DNA of 64,000 bases from Acidobacteriota bacterium (GTDB lineage: Bacteria > Acidobacteriota > Blastocatellia > Chloracidobacteriales > Chloracidobacteriaceae): positions 509-64,508 of the forward strand of contig DAOQNB010000001.1 in assembly GCA_035335845.1 (NCBI GenBank), in the 5' to 3' direction. A program made the position numbers and the translations under genes. Shown piece after piece: positions 29,186 through 39,245 of the stretch (the first letter of the stretch is position 1; the number at the start of each line of letters is the position of its first letter). The notes beneath the pieces were generated by a model. The model did not search any database. It saw nothing but the letters and a program-made list of their open reading frames with translations, and had not been told where the DNA came from.

Positions 29186-30241
29186 ATGGATCAGGATTTC
29201 TTTGTTGAGTTACGAAACCTTTCCTGTCGGTTTTCAGGAAAGACCGTTTTGAACCACCTGTCACTGTGCCTGCGGAAAGGAGAGTTTTTTAGCCTGCTTG
29301 GTCCTTCAGGCTGCGGCAAAACAACGACCCTGAGGATTCTGGCCGGCCTTGAGGTGCCCTCGACCGGTTCGGTGTGGATCAATGGAAACGAGATTACCGC
29401 GCTTCCGCCGGAATCACGGGGACTGGGATATGTTTTTCAAAATTACGCCCTCTTTCCGCACCTCAACGTCTGGGAGAATGTTGCCTTCGGGTGTCGCCTT
29501 CAAAAACTGGAAACCCGCCAGCTTGAGCAGGCCGTCTGTGACGCGCTTGAACTGGTCAGGCTGGGAGAGTATGGCAAGCGTCAGGTGTTTGAGCTTTCAG
29601 GCGGGCAACAGCAGCGGGTCGCGCTGGCACGGGCCCTGGCCATCCAGCCGCAAGTCCTGTTACTGGATGAGCCGTTCAGTAATCTTGATTCCCGGTTGCG
29701 TATTGAAACGCGGGAGCAGGTTCGCGAGATTGTGCGGAAACTAAAAGTAACAACCGTCCTGGTCACCCATGATCGGGAAGAAGCCTTTGCTTTATCTGAT
29801 CGGCTGGCAGTGATGGAAGGTGGGGAGGTCAAACAGGTTGGCACCCCCCTGGAAGTGTATTTTACGCCTCAAACCGTTGAGGTTGCCCGATTTTGGAATG
29901 ATGGGAATTGTGTCCCGCTGACGGCTGTTCCGACAGATGTTCCTGGTCTGAATCAAACAAACCCAACCGCCAGCCATGTATTTTTCCGAAGTGAGGATGC
30001 CCGACTGGCATTTCCAGGCGCAAAGCCGTCTGAGAATCCACCGTACCCGGAAGCCCTGGCTTTTCAGGGAGTCGTGCATTCAATCCAATTTACCGGTGCT
30101 TCCTGGCTCTGTGCCGTCAGTACGCCTGCCGGGCAACTTTCAATTGCGATTGCTGGTCGAGAACAATCGCCAGAAACCGGGCGCCCATGTTATGTTGTGG
30201 TTCCAACCGTGAATCTGCATTTTCTCAATGGTGCTGTTTGA
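29186..30241 (+). CDS. ABC transporter ATP-binding protein (PotA/CysA/MalK-like) with a C-terminal regulatory domain
   Basis: Walker A LLGPSGCGKTTTLRILAG, signature LSGGQQQRVALARAL and Walker B LLLDEPFSNLD. The ATG directly abuts the upstream TAG (29183-29188 reads TAGATG). Confidence 0.9.
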   Translation: MDQDFFVELRNLSCRFSGKTVLNHLSLCLRKGEFFSLLGPSGCGKTTTLRILAGLEVPSTGSVWINGNEITALPPESRGLGYVFQNYALFPHLNVWENVAFGCRLQKLETRQLEQAVCDALELVRLGEYGKRQVFELSGGQQQRVALARALAIQPQVLLLDEPFSNLDSRLRIETREQVREIVRKLKVTTVLVTHDREEAFALSDRLAVMEGGEVKQVGTPLEVYFTPQTVEVARFWNDGNCVPLTAVPTDVPGLNQTNPTASHVFFRSEDARLAFPGAKPSENPPYPEALAFQGVVHSIQFTGASWLCAVSTPAGQLSIAIAGREQSPETGRPCYVVVPTVNLHFLNGAV

Positions 30242-30271
30242 CTTTATTTTCTTTGTGAGGATCAACCGGGC

Positions 30272-31951
30272 ATGCTGAAGCTTCTGAATGTTCTGAACCT
30301 CGCCCTTGTCTCGCGTCTGTGTATTGAATTTGAACCTGGCCTGAATGTTCTAACCGGAGAAACTGGTTCCGGAAAATCAATTGTGGTTGATTCGTTGGGA
30401 ATGGTCCTGGGGGGACGTTCCTCTCCGGATATGATTCGGACCGGAGAGCAGAAAGCCTGTGTCGAAGCCGTGTTTAGTGTTCCCCATCATCCACAGGTCC
30501 TTGAGCTCTGTGCTGAGCACGGGTTGGAAGTAGACCTTGATGAACTCCTTATTCGTCGGGAGATCACCAGTCAGGGACGAAATCGTGTATTTATTCAGGA
30601 TCAACTCTCAACCGTGAATTTTCTCAAGCAATTGCGACCCTTTCTGGTTGATATTCATGGTCAGGGAGATCAGCAAACGCTCATGCATAAGGAAGCCCAT
30701 TCAGCGGTTCTCGACGCGTTTGGTGGTATTGATGGCCTGACGGCTCAGGTTTGTACGGCGTATGAAGCCTGGGATCAGGCTCGCACAGAACTGGCTGCGG
30801 CTCGACAGGGAGAAGCCGAGCGACTGCGGCGGGTCGATATGCTGGCCTTTCAGTGTCAGGAAATCGAGGCGGCCAAAATTACCAATACTGCGGAAGATGC
30901 AGAACTGGAAGCCGAACTGCATGTCCTTTCAAACGCTGAAAAACTGGTCATGCTGGCGACAGGTTGCTTTGATGCATTATATGAAGATGAGTCGTCGATT
31001 CTGACCCGGCTGGCGTCGGTGTTACGACGGGTTGATGAGTTATCGGCAATTGATCCCAGCATCGAGGAAGTCCTTTCGCCGCTGCCTGGGGTACGGTATG
31101 TAATTGAAGATGCCGCTTTTGCGCTCCGGGACTATGCCGAGCGGATCCGGTTTTCCCCAGAGCGGTTAAAGCAGATTGAAGACCGGCTGACTGACCTGAC
31201 CCGCCTGAAACGAAAATATGGGCCAACACTGGATGATGTCGTTCGGACTTGCCTCGCAGCCAGGACACAATTAAAGCGACTTGGGGCGGGGGAGGAATAT
31301 GCCCGGTCGCTTGAAATCGCAGTTGAAAAAGCCGCCGCTGTTTATGTTGAACTGGCTGAAACCCTGAGCGCCCGCCGCCGGGAGGTCGCCAAGGATTTTG
31401 AGCGGGCCCTCATGGGCGAACTGAAATTTCTGGCTATGGAAGCCACGCGGATTGAGGTCGCATTGACCCGAATGCAAAGCGATGGCCGGCCCAAATGGGG
31501 ACCGACCGGGATTGACGAGGTTGAGTTTCTGGTCTCGCCCAATATCGGAGAGGAATTGCGCAGCCTGGCAAAAGTGGCTTCTGGAGGGGAACTCTCACGC
31601 TTCATGCTGGCGCTGAAGACAATTACAGCCCCGACTGATTTTCCACGAACCATGGTTTTTGACGAAGTGGATGCTGGAATTGGCGGTCGGGTCGCCGAAG
31701 CCGTCGGCCAGCGTCTGAAGCGACTCAGTGATCACCAGCAGGTGTTATGCGTGACCCACCTGGCCCAGATTGCCCGATTTGGGGCAGCCCATCTGGTGGT
31801 GTGGAAAGATGTCGTTGGAACCCGGACCGAAACCTTTGTCGAGCGGCTGGGAATTGATCAACGGGTCAACGAGCTGGCACGCATGATTGGCGGTGCCTCG
31901 GTGACCGAAGCTGCCCGGCGAGCAGCGCAGGAGATGTTGACCTCGGTTTAA
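30272..31951 (+). CDS. recN: DNA repair protein RecN
   Basis: N-terminal LNVLTGETGSGKSIVVDSL, a long coiled-coil middle and C-terminal ASGGELSRFMLALK...MVFDEVDAGIGG. Confidence 0.93.
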   Translation: MLKLLNVLNLALVSRLCIEFEPGLNVLTGETGSGKSIVVDSLGMVLGGRSSPDMIRTGEQKACVEAVFSVPHHPQVLELCAEHGLEVDLDELLIRREITSQGRNRVFIQDQLSTVNFLKQLRPFLVDIHGQGDQQTLMHKEAHSAVLDAFGGIDGLTAQVCTAYEAWDQARTELAAARQGEAERLRRVDMLAFQCQEIEAAKITNTAEDAELEAELHVLSNAEKLVMLATGCFDALYEDESSILTRLASVLRRVDELSAIDPSIEEVLSPLPGVRYVIEDAAFALRDYAERIRFSPERLKQIEDRLTDLTRLKRKYGPTLDDVVRTCLAARTQLKRLGAGEEYARSLEIAVEKAAAVYVELAETLSARRREVAKDFERALMGELKFLAMEATRIEVALTRMQSDGRPKWGPTGIDEVEFLVSPNIGEELRSLAKVASGGELSRFMLALKTITAPTDFPRTMVFDEVDAGIGGRVAEAVGQRLKRLSDHQQVLCVTHLAQIARFGAAHLVVWKDVVGTRTETFVERLGIDQRVNELARMIGGASVTEAARRAAQEMLTSV

Positions 31952-32190
31952 ATATTTGAAGGTTGGGGGCCGGAAGCTGGACGGGAAAGCCGGCGTACAG
32001 GGGATTGTGATCTCACCCTCCTGCCGCCACATCCTTTGGCTCGGGGCTTGTCCCGGCTGGGACGGACGGTATATAGTCAGACCAGCAGCTTTTTCAGTCA
32101 ATCAATCACGGTCCAATCGAGATGAAAATGACCAGCCGCCTGGAGACAGGGAGACTGGATGGGCTCTTTATTTACAGAGGTGGGGGCAAC

Positions 32191-32697
32191 ATGGAAATCG
32201 AAATGAAAATTCGCGGTTTAATGATCGATCCAACCGCAAATACACCGATTGTGATTCTCAAAGATGTACACAGTGACGTCATGCTTCCGATTTGGGTGGG
32301 GCCGTTTGAGGCCAACGCGATTGCATTTGAAATCGAGAAAATGTCACCGCCGCGTCCGATGACGCATGATCTGATGCGAAACCTGATCATTCAGGTGGGT
32401 GGGAGTGTCAAGCGGATTGTGGTCACGGAATTAAAAGAAAATACGTTTTACGCGGTCATCGAATTGCAGGTTGGGGAACGGATTCTGTTTCTGGACTCGC
32501 GTCCAAGCGATGCCATTGCGCTGGCGCTCAGGACCGACGCCCCGATCTTTGTGAATGAAGAGGTCATTCGTGAGTCGAGCGCGACCCTGGTGGAAAAAGA
32601 TTTGGATGAAAGCGCTGAACCGGGTGAGAGTTCAGCTGAGGAAATCGAGTGGCCCGAAGAAATAGATGAATCGGATATGGATCGGTACAAAATGTAA
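32191..32697 (+). CDS. bifunctional nuclease (DUF151/BFN) family protein
   Basis: PIVILKD...LPIWVGPFEANAIA...RPMTHDL...FYA.I.L....LDSRPSDAIALALR is the conserved BFN core, followed by an acidic C-terminal tail. The ATG at 32191 is preferred over the track start at 32122. Confidence 0.8.
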   Translation: MEIEMKIRGLMIDPTANTPIVILKDVHSDVMLPIWVGPFEANAIAFEIEKMSPPRPMTHDLMRNLIIQVGGSVKRIVVTELKENTFYAVIELQVGERILFLDSRPSDAIALALRTDAPIFVNEEVIRESSATLVEKDLDESAEPGESSAEEIEWPEEIDESDMDRYKM

Positions 32698-32779
32698 ATC
32701 TTCTGTGAAAAGAGAAAGGAGCGACACTGCCTCGTCGCATACTGACTGGAATCAGTTCCAGGTCTGGTTCGAGATCCCA

Positions 32780-33595
32780 ATGAAAAACAAATCTCTGAAA
32801 TCTGAACGAAAAGCCGCGCCAGTTCCCGCCAAAGGTGCCGCCACGATTGCGATTGCCAATCAGAAAGGGGGCGTCGGAAAGACCACGACCACGATCAATC
32901 TGGCCGCGGCCCTGGCCATGCGTGGGAAACGGGTTCTGTTGCTGGATCTGGATCCGCAGGGGAACAGCACGCTTTCTTACCTCGATCAATCAAAAATAGA
33001 GCTTTCGGCCTATGATTTTTTGACCGATTTATCAATTCCAGCCGAAATTGTGATCCACCGTAGTCCAGTTGAAGGGCTGGATATACTGCCGGCCCGCATC
33101 AGTCTGGCCAAGTTTGAGACCCGGCTGGCCGGCGAGTTTGATGCGCCGTTTCGATTAAAAGACCGGCTGGAAGCAGTCAATACCCGGTATGATTACATTC
33201 TGGTGGACACGCCCCCAACCCTGGGGTTGATTACGGTGAATGCCCTGGTGGCATCGTCGCATGTTCTGATTCCGATTCAGTCCTCCTATTTTGCGCTGGA
33301 GGGAACGGACGATTTATTGGAAACGGTTGACAAGGTTAAGTCGCGGCCCAACCCGAATCTGAATATTTTGGGGGTGGTAATTACGCTGCATGACAAGCGG
33401 ACAACGCTGTCACGAGATATTTTTCAGCAGATTCGGCAGGTTTTTGGGGAGCGGGTGTTTAACACAGTGATCACCAAATCGGTCCGACTTGAGGAAAGCC
33501 CGGCCTATCGGGAGTCGATTTTTACCTATGCGCCGCAATCGAGCGGGGCCATCGAATATGCAACCTTGTGCGAGGAGGTAATCAATCGTGTCTAA
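32780..33595 (+). CDS. parA: chromosome partitioning ATPase ParA/Soj
   Basis: Deviant Walker [24 protein letters not shown], followed by [10 protein letters not shown] and [10 protein letters not shown]. The ATG at 32780 is preferred over the track start at 32666. Confidence 0.92.
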   Translation: MKNKSLKSERKAAPVPAKGAATIAIANQKGGVGKTTTTINLAAALAMRGKRVLLLDLDPQGNSTLSYLDQSKIELSAYDFLTDLSIPAEIVIHRSPVEGLDILPARISLAKFETRLAGEFDAPFRLKDRLEAVNTRYDYILVDTPPTLGLITVNALVASSHVLIPIQSSYFALEGTDDLLETVDKVKSRPNPNLNILGVVITLHDKRTTLSRDIFQQIRQVFGERVFNTVITKSVRLEESPAYRESIFTYAPQSSGAIEYATLCEEVINRV

Positions 33596-34430
33596 GCGAG
33601 GGCTTCCAACAACCGTCAAAATGCGGCATGAGGCACACTACGTTGAGGAATTGTGGCAACGAACCGGAGCGCCGATTGGGCGAATGATTCCGATTGACCG
33701 GTTGGAGCCGAATCCAAACCAGCCCCGAATGGAAATTGGCGATTTGACCGAACTGACGGCCTCAATTCGGGAAAAGGGGGTTTTGGAGCCGTTGCTGGTG
33801 CGTCCAAGTCAGGTGGGTGGGCGGTTTATGATTATTTCGGGGGAGCGTCGGTATCGAGCGAGCCTGATTGCGGGCTTAACCGAGTTACCCTGTATTGAGA
33901 TGGACGTTGATGACCGGGCGGTGGCAGAGATTGCGTTGATTGAGAATTTACAGCGCAAGGATCTGACCCCATTTGAGGAGGCTGAGGGGTTATCGACGCT
34001 GGTTGACCGGTTTGGGTATACGCATGATGAGGTCGCCAAAAAAATCGGGAAGTCCCGGTCATCGATTACAGAGGCGCTCTCGATTAGTTCGCTTTCGGAT
34101 GACATCAAGGAGTTATGCCGGGCGGCAAAGATTTCTTCAAAATCAACCCTGTTGCAAATTGTGCGCCAGCCGGGTGAGGATGAGCGGCGGGCATTGATTG
34201 CCCGGATTCAAAGCCAGGGGTTAACCCGAGACGATGTGCGTCGGGTCAGCAAGCCGCCAGCGCAGGGGAGACCGAGGCCTTTTTTATTTAAATTTCAGTC
34301 ACCGGCGCGTGAGTTCACCCTGGAGTTAAAATTTAAGCGGTCTCGGGTCGAGCGTGAGGAAGTTTTAACTGCATTGCGGCGAATCGTTGAGCAGTTAGAA
34401 CAGGAAGGGGCCAAAGAGGGTGACGGGTAA
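33588..34430 (+). CDS. parB: chromosome partitioning protein ParB/Spo0J
   Basis: LEPNPNQPR and the GERRYRAS box, then [14 protein letters not shown]. The gene overlaps parA by 8 nt and starts at a GTG. Confidence 0.9.
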   Translation: MSKRGLPTTVKMRHEAHYVEELWQRTGAPIGRMIPIDRLEPNPNQPRMEIGDLTELTASIREKGVLEPLLVRPSQVGGRFMIISGERRYRASLIAGLTELPCIEMDVDDRAVAEIALIENLQRKDLTPFEEAEGLSTLVDRFGYTHDEVAKKIGKSRSSITEALSISSLSDDIKELCRAAKISSKSTLLQIVRQPGEDERRALIARIQSQGLTRDDVRRVSKPPAQGRPRPFLFKFQSPAREFTLELKFKRSRVEREEVLTALRRIVEQLEQEGAKEGDG

Positions 34431-34468
34431 GCCCCGGTTCGAAAAACATGTACCTGGCCAGGCAGAAG

Positions 34469-35026
34469 CTATTTGGATGGCTTGGCCTGGCTTTGTTGTT
34501 TGCGCAATTGTTGTTGATAGTGTGTTGACATCCACTTACCGAAGCGGTCCAGGTATGGGTAGATTGGTTTAAATAGCCTGGCCCGCCAGCCACTGTTGAG
34601 GTCTCGCCAGACGGTAAAATATTTTTCAATATAGGTGCGGACTGCTTTTTCACGCTGGTTTGGCTTCAGGCCGTGCGAGAGGGTGAAGTGGTAGTGCTGG
34701 CCGATGAGGGACAGCGTGGCACCGGCAAGATTGGTTTTTAAGTTCAACCGGCTGGCAAGTCGCTTGACCAGACCTTTCTGTTCAACAAAATTGGCAAGCG
34801 CGATTTCAAACCAGGCGGGCATCCCCATGACCTTTGGGTGGTAGAGGCAGGGAAGTTTCTCACGCATCTCCCTGGCGATGGCTTTTTCCTGAATGCGGTC
34901 AACGAGGACAACTTTGCTAATACCGCGGGTATGTTCTTTGGGGACAGCGTCAAACACGCTCTGGATGAGTTTTTCCAGGTCAGGTTTGACCTGGATCGAC
35001 GCCTGATTTTCGACTTTGATGGGCAT
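34469..35026 (-). CDS. hypothetical protein
   Basis: Open frame with plausible composition. The ATG at 35026 (MPIKVENQ) is preceded by AAGGAG 13 nt upstream. I recognise no motif. Confidence 0.5.
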   Translation of the reverse strand: MPIKVENQASIQVKPDLEKLIQSVFDAVPKEHTRGISKVVLVDRIQEKAIAREMREKLPCLYHPKVMGMPAWFEIALANFVEQKGLVKRLASRLNLKTNLAGATLSLIGQHYHFTLSHGLKPNQREKAVRTYIEKYFTVWRDLNSGWRARLFKPIYPYLDRFGKWMSTHYQQQLRKQQSQAKPSK

Positions 35027-35212
35027 AACCGGAAAATGACTCCTTTGTGGAAAAGCGGGAGTGTACGAAAGGAACCGGGCGGGGTCAAGGATCTGTTCCT
35101 TCTGAAGTATGAAGAAAAAAAGCAGTAAGACCATGGTACTTCAAGTAATACATGCAGAGTGTCACGTGGAACACCAACCTGATTGGATCACATAGAGTGG
35201 AGGGAAAGCTGG

Positions 35213-36121
35213 ATGGCACGCGATCTTGGAAAAGCATTTCTGGATTATTTACGAGTGGAGCGGGGGTTATCGGCCAATACCCTGGAGGCCTACGGACGGG
35301 ATTTAGAGAAGTTAAAGGGGTTTAGCGAGGCAGGCCAGCGGGATCTGCTGACGCTTGAGCGGCAGGACCTGGTTGATTTTATTCAAGTGTTGCGTGAGGG
35401 TGGGCTGGACTGGCGGTCAGTCGGGCGAGTGCTGGTCACGGTTCGAAATTTTTATAAATACCTGTTGCTGGATGGGTTTCGGAAGACCGATCCGACAGTT
35501 CATCTTCCGACGCCAAAGTCAGCCTCGGAATTGCCGCATTTTCTGACCATCGAGGAAGTTGACCGGCTGCTTGCCCAGCCTGAGATGAGTACTGAGATTG
35601 GAAAGCGAGACCGGGCGATCCTGGAGGTTCTGTATGCTACCGGGCTGCGGGTATCGGAAGTGGTAACGCTTAAGATGGTGGATGTAAATTGTGAGGTAGG
35701 GTTTTTGAGTTGCTTTGGAAAAGGCAGCAAGCAGCGGCAGGTCCCGCTGGGCAAGTCAGCGATTGAGTACCTGATTCAGTACTGGCCGGTACGGGCGCGG
35801 GCGCTGAAAGCAATCAAAGAGAAAGGAAAAGCACCGGGTTCAGAGCTGGTGTTTGTCACACTCCAGGGAAAGCCGATGACACGCCAGGGCTGCTGGAAGA
35901 TGATTGTGGAGTATGGGAAGCAGGCTGGAATTGGCCATATTACGCCGCACATGATGCGGCATAGTTTTGCAACGCATTTACTGGAGCATGGGGCTGATTT
36001 AAGGTCAGTGCAGGTTTTGCTGGGGCACAGTGATATTGCGACGACCGAAGTGTACACGCATGTCACCAATGATCGATTGAAAGAGGTGTATAAGCGATTT
36101 CACCCGCGAGCTCAGTCATAG
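35213..36121 (+). CDS. xerD: tyrosine site-specific recombinase XerC/XerD family
   Basis: The N-terminal SAM-like region is FLDYLRVERGLSANTLEAY. The catalytic residues sit in ATGLRVSE, HMMRHSFATHLLEHGADLRSVQVLLGHSDIATTEVYTHV. GGAGGG lies upstream of the ATG at 35213. Confidence 0.88.
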   Translation: MARDLGKAFLDYLRVERGLSANTLEAYGRDLEKLKGFSEAGQRDLLTLERQDLVDFIQVLREGGLDWRSVGRVLVTVRNFYKYLLLDGFRKTDPTVHLPTPKSASELPHFLTIEEVDRLLAQPEMSTEIGKRDRAILEVLYATGLRVSEVVTLKMVDVNCEVGFLSCFGKGSKQRQVPLGKSAIEYLIQYWPVRARALKAIKEKGKAPGSELVFVTLQGKPMTRQGCWKMIVEYGKQAGIGHITPHMMRHSFATHLLEHGADLRSVQVLLGHSDIATTEVYTHVTNDRLKEVYKRFHPRAQS

Positions 36122-36299
36122 GAAAAGGGGATACCAGTCAGGAAAGCGCAGATTCTTTTTGAGTCTGATAATGTACATTATGTAGATCAATATCCAGATT
36201 TAAAGCCCACGCGGTAACTTTTCTTTTCGGTTACTTTCAGTTAACCTACCTTTGATTTGATTTCATCTAAACCATTCCAATCAAACCAAGTCGAGCCTT

Positions 36300-36983
36300 T
36301 TGCCTATGCCTACCCGACCTGTTTGCTGCCAGCCAGGTTCCAATCCGGAACATCAGCTTGAAACCGCCGCTCAACATCGCATTCAAGGCAGCCTGATTAA
36401 ATCCAGACTGTTATTCCTCCACATCAAACACGGGGTTCAAACCCTCAAGAAAATCCTCCGAGTGTTACCAGTGGAGGATCAAAATTTACTCTGCAAAACA
36501 ATTTATGTTGGCGAATGGTACTCACTGGCCACTCTGGTCCGGCTGGATCTCGCAATTGCTGCCGAACTGGGCGGGCAGTATTCAAATGTCTTTGAGGAAC
36601 TCGGTCGGTTTTCAGCCGATCTCAACTTAGGTGGTGCCTATGAGCCACTGATGAAGAAAGACATTCACGCACTGCTGAATCTGTCTGCTGTCATGAATAA
36701 AACCTATCAGGATTTCGGCAAAGCTTCATACCACCAGCCCGAAGTCAGCGACCCAGCAGGCCGCCAGACGGTGCTGCTGAAACTCGAATACCCCGAACCG
36801 CCTCCATCACATTACTGTGAAAGCGGATTGGGGTATTTTCAGCACGCCGTTGAATTATGCGGTGGTCAGGACGTCACCGTTGAGATTATTGAATGTCAGC
36901 AACAAGGTGGGCGGTGTTGTTGTTTTAAGGTCCAGTGGGAACCGCCGACCGATGTCAGTCTTCGACCCAGTTCCACCAGATAA
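36300..36983 (+). CDS. hypothetical protein, possibly a ligand-binding DUF2378/V4R/H-NOX-like fold
   Basis: 227-aa ORF. IKSRLLFLHIKHG...W...L...A and a C-terminal Cys cluster (QQGGRCCCFKVQW) recall small sensor-domain families. This call rests on weak recollection only. Confidence 0.45.
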   Translation: MPMPTRPVCCQPGSNPEHQLETAAQHRIQGSLIKSRLLFLHIKHGVQTLKKILRVLPVEDQNLLCKTIYVGEWYSLATLVRLDLAIAAELGGQYSNVFEELGRFSADLNLGGAYEPLMKKDIHALLNLSAVMNKTYQDFGKASYHQPEVSDPAGRQTVLLKLEYPEPPPSHYCESGLGYFQHAVELCGGQDVTVEIIECQQQGGRCCCFKVQWEPPTDVSLRPSSTR

Positions 36984-37011
36984 GTGAGTCAAAGCGGAAC
37001 GGAACTGCCAG

Positions 37012-37872
37012 CTAAACCTGTCTCAGTGCCTGATCAAGATCAAACTCAGGTGTCCATCCCAACTCACAACCAATTTTTCCAAGGTCGGAGACATAGCGTT
37101 GTTGCTCATCGGTGCCTGGGGGCGTATCAATACCAGCAATGAGCGACGGATCCAGGCCCTGAACAGCGGCAATTCGATGAGCAAATTCAAGAAGTGTTCC
37201 CGAAAATTCAAGGCCTCCCCCAATATTGAATACGCCGCCTGGGTGATCCGACCGCAGAAACAACTGAAAGGCTCGGGCTAATTCCTGAGCCGGCAAAATA
37301 TCTCGAACCTGCTGCCCCTGTCCTTTTAAGCGCAACGGATTCCCTTCCCGCAGGCACCGGGCAAACCCTGAGACCCATCCACCGGAATTGCCGGCTGATG
37401 GGGGCGCGAAAATGGTCGACAATCGAAAAATCCCCAACCTGAATCCTCGTTGAGCCGCATAAAAGCGGAGATACTCTTCGCCAAGCCACTTTGACCAGGC
37501 ATAAGCATTCTGCCGGTCATAGGTGGTGGGACAGGCTTCGGAAACGGACACCTCACCGTCGCTTTGTGAATGGTAGATGTCTTTGGTTGAGGCAAAGATC
37601 AAGGTTTGTCCTTGATCCAGATGTTGAGCCAGAAATCCGGCGCCCTGGGCATTGACCTGAAAACAATTTCCGGCGGCCTGGGGTGACTTCCGGGTCTCAG
37701 CTGCCAGATGAATCACCGTCTGGTACCGGCAGAACCGATGTGCCTGATTCGGATCCAGAAAATCCCACCCCCCACGCCGGGAGGCTGAATCAGCCTGAAA
37801 AAATGCGCGCACCGCTGAGCCCAGATATCCATCGCCGCCAGTGACGACCACCGGTGTAAACTGCCGGGACAT
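37012..37872 (-). CDS. NAD-dependent epimerase/dehydratase (extended SDR) family protein
   Basis: Rossmann motif VVVTGGDGYLGSAV and a catalytic YxxxK-like YAWSKWL. The gene lies 23 nt downstream of the radical SAM gene on the same strand. Confidence 0.8.
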   Translation of the reverse strand: MSRQFTPVVVTGGDGYLGSAVRAFFQADSASRRGGWDFLDPNQAHRFCRYQTVIHLAAETRKSPQAAGNCFQVNAQGAGFLAQHLDQGQTLIFASTKDIYHSQSDGEVSVSEACPTTYDRQNAYAWSKWLGEEYLRFYAAQRGFRLGIFRLSTIFAPPSAGNSGGWVSGFARCLREGNPLRLKGQGQQVRDILPAQELARAFQLFLRSDHPGGVFNIGGGLEFSGTLLEFAHRIAAVQGLDPSLIAGIDTPPGTDEQQRYVSDLGKIGCELGWTPEFDLDQALRQV

Positions 37873-37895
37873 CGCATCAACTTCCCTTCTGTAAG

Positions 37896-39005
37896 TTACA
37901 CAAAATTCACGTTGTTATTTGGATGGCGGAGCGTCCACATCATTTTATTGATCGGGTGGCAGCGACAGATGGGCTGACAGGTGGAGATATCAATTCCTTC
38001 ATTGACTTTCTGACGGTGCTCGCTCTCCCAGATTTCACGAAATGACTGCGTTGCCAGGTCGCCCAGACAGAACTCAGGCAGCCCTCGGGTTTGTGAGCAG
38101 TAATAAACCTTTTTATTGGCTTCAATTACCGGGAAAAAGTTCGCGTAGCACTTCTTATAGGCACTTCGTTCGTAATCGGGCGTCAGGACACCCGCAAACT
38201 GATCTTCCTTGACAAAAACTTTAAAGTCATCTGTTTCGTGTTGTTTCGTAGCTCTGGCTTCCTGTAAGACCTGACTATAAAAATCATGATCATACTGGGT
38301 TGGAGATGACATTGGGTGCAAAATCACCGGCTTGATTTGGAAATAATCAATCCCAGTTTCCCGAACCCGGCGAACCGCAAGATCGAGCTCTCCCTGGGTC
38401 TCAGGTGAAACCGCAATCTGCGCCCCGATATGGACTCTGGACTGGTGTCGTTGCTTCTCGGCTGCCAGATCAGCCAGATTCTGAAGGACTTTCTCAAAGT
38501 CATCCACTTTATGGACCGCTTTTCGGGTTTCGGCGGTGCCGGCATTGAGCGAAATTCGAATCCACGTGCAGTGCCTGGCCACCACCTCCGCCTTTTTCGG
38601 GGTCAATAATCCCCCATGGGTAATAATGGCGGTTTCGATGCCCTTGCGCGTGGTATATTCAACAAATTCCATGAGGTTTGGATTGACAAATGGTTCTCCG
38701 CTCCCGGAAAAGATCATTGATTTGATGCCAAGTTCGGCGAGTTCATCGACCAGCGTTCGATAAAAATCAAGCGGCATCACGCTGCTGTCCGGGTACGCTT
38801 TGAGGGATTTATCGTCACCTTTATGGGAGCCAAAATACCCGCCGTGCATACACCAGGTACAAAAATGGTTACAAATGGTTGACGGGCTGAGTTCCATCGT
38901 CACCGGATACACGGTTCGGCCATGCCACCAGTCGTGCATTCGATCCATGTGGCTGAATAACTTAATCGGTGAGAAAACATCTCGATTGAGGTCTGGCTGG
39001 TGCAT
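37896..39005 (-). CDS. radical SAM protein, unknown substrate
   Basis: CxxxCxxC cluster CNHFCTWC, FSGSGEPF (GGEP-like SAM motif) and C-terminal cysteines CQPICRC. The ATG at 39005 has AAGGAG 10 nt upstream. The track start at 39044 is an extension. Confidence 0.85.
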   Translation of the reverse strand: MHQPDLNRDVFSPIKLFSHMDRMHDWWHGRTVYPVTMELSPSTICNHFCTWCMHGGYFGSHKGDDKSLKAYPDSSVMPLDFYRTLVDELAELGIKSMIFSGSGEPFVNPNLMEFVEYTTRKGIETAIITHGGLLTPKKAEVVARHCTWIRISLNAGTAETRKAVHKVDDFEKVLQNLADLAAEKQRHQSRVHIGAQIAVSPETQGELDLAVRRVRETGIDYFQIKPVILHPMSSPTQYDHDFYSQVLQEARATKQHETDDFKVFVKEDQFAGVLTPDYERSAYKKCYANFFPVIEANKKVYYCSQTRGLPEFCLGDLATQSFREIWESEHRQKVNEGIDISTCQPICRCHPINKMMWTLRHPNNNVNFV

Positions 39006-39245
39006 TTTCCTGGGTCTCCTTGAGAAGGACACATCACAAGTCAAACGGAAGATCTGAGGCCATCACAATCTCCCAGTCGGCTTTATTTGTCTGAAAGTGA
39101 AGCTTTTACAGGCCACCTGTGATGGGTGGTGTTGGGTAAGAAAAGAGGTCATCATCCGGAAATCAGCCTGGACTTGTCAAGCCATCATCGCGCTTGGTAA
39201 AGTCGTTTGGTCAAAAGTCTTTCAAGGAGAAGAAATATCACCCCC

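Noticed and set aside
35158-35173. parS-like site AGTGTCACGTGGAACA between the hypothetical gene and xerD, about 730 nt downstream of parB.
   Set aside because: It matches only 13 of 16 positions of the TGTTTCACGTGAAACA consensus and is asymmetric, since the left half is poor. I found no better copy in the window. It may be a degenerate half-site but is not supportable as a feature.
37896-39005. Prokaryotic viperin (pVip) identity for either radical SAM gene (also 51741-52727).
   Set aside because: Neither shows the viperin-type N-terminal motif context (CNYKCxFCF) or an adjacent nucleotide kinase. Both carry extra C-terminal cysteine clusters that are atypical for viperins.
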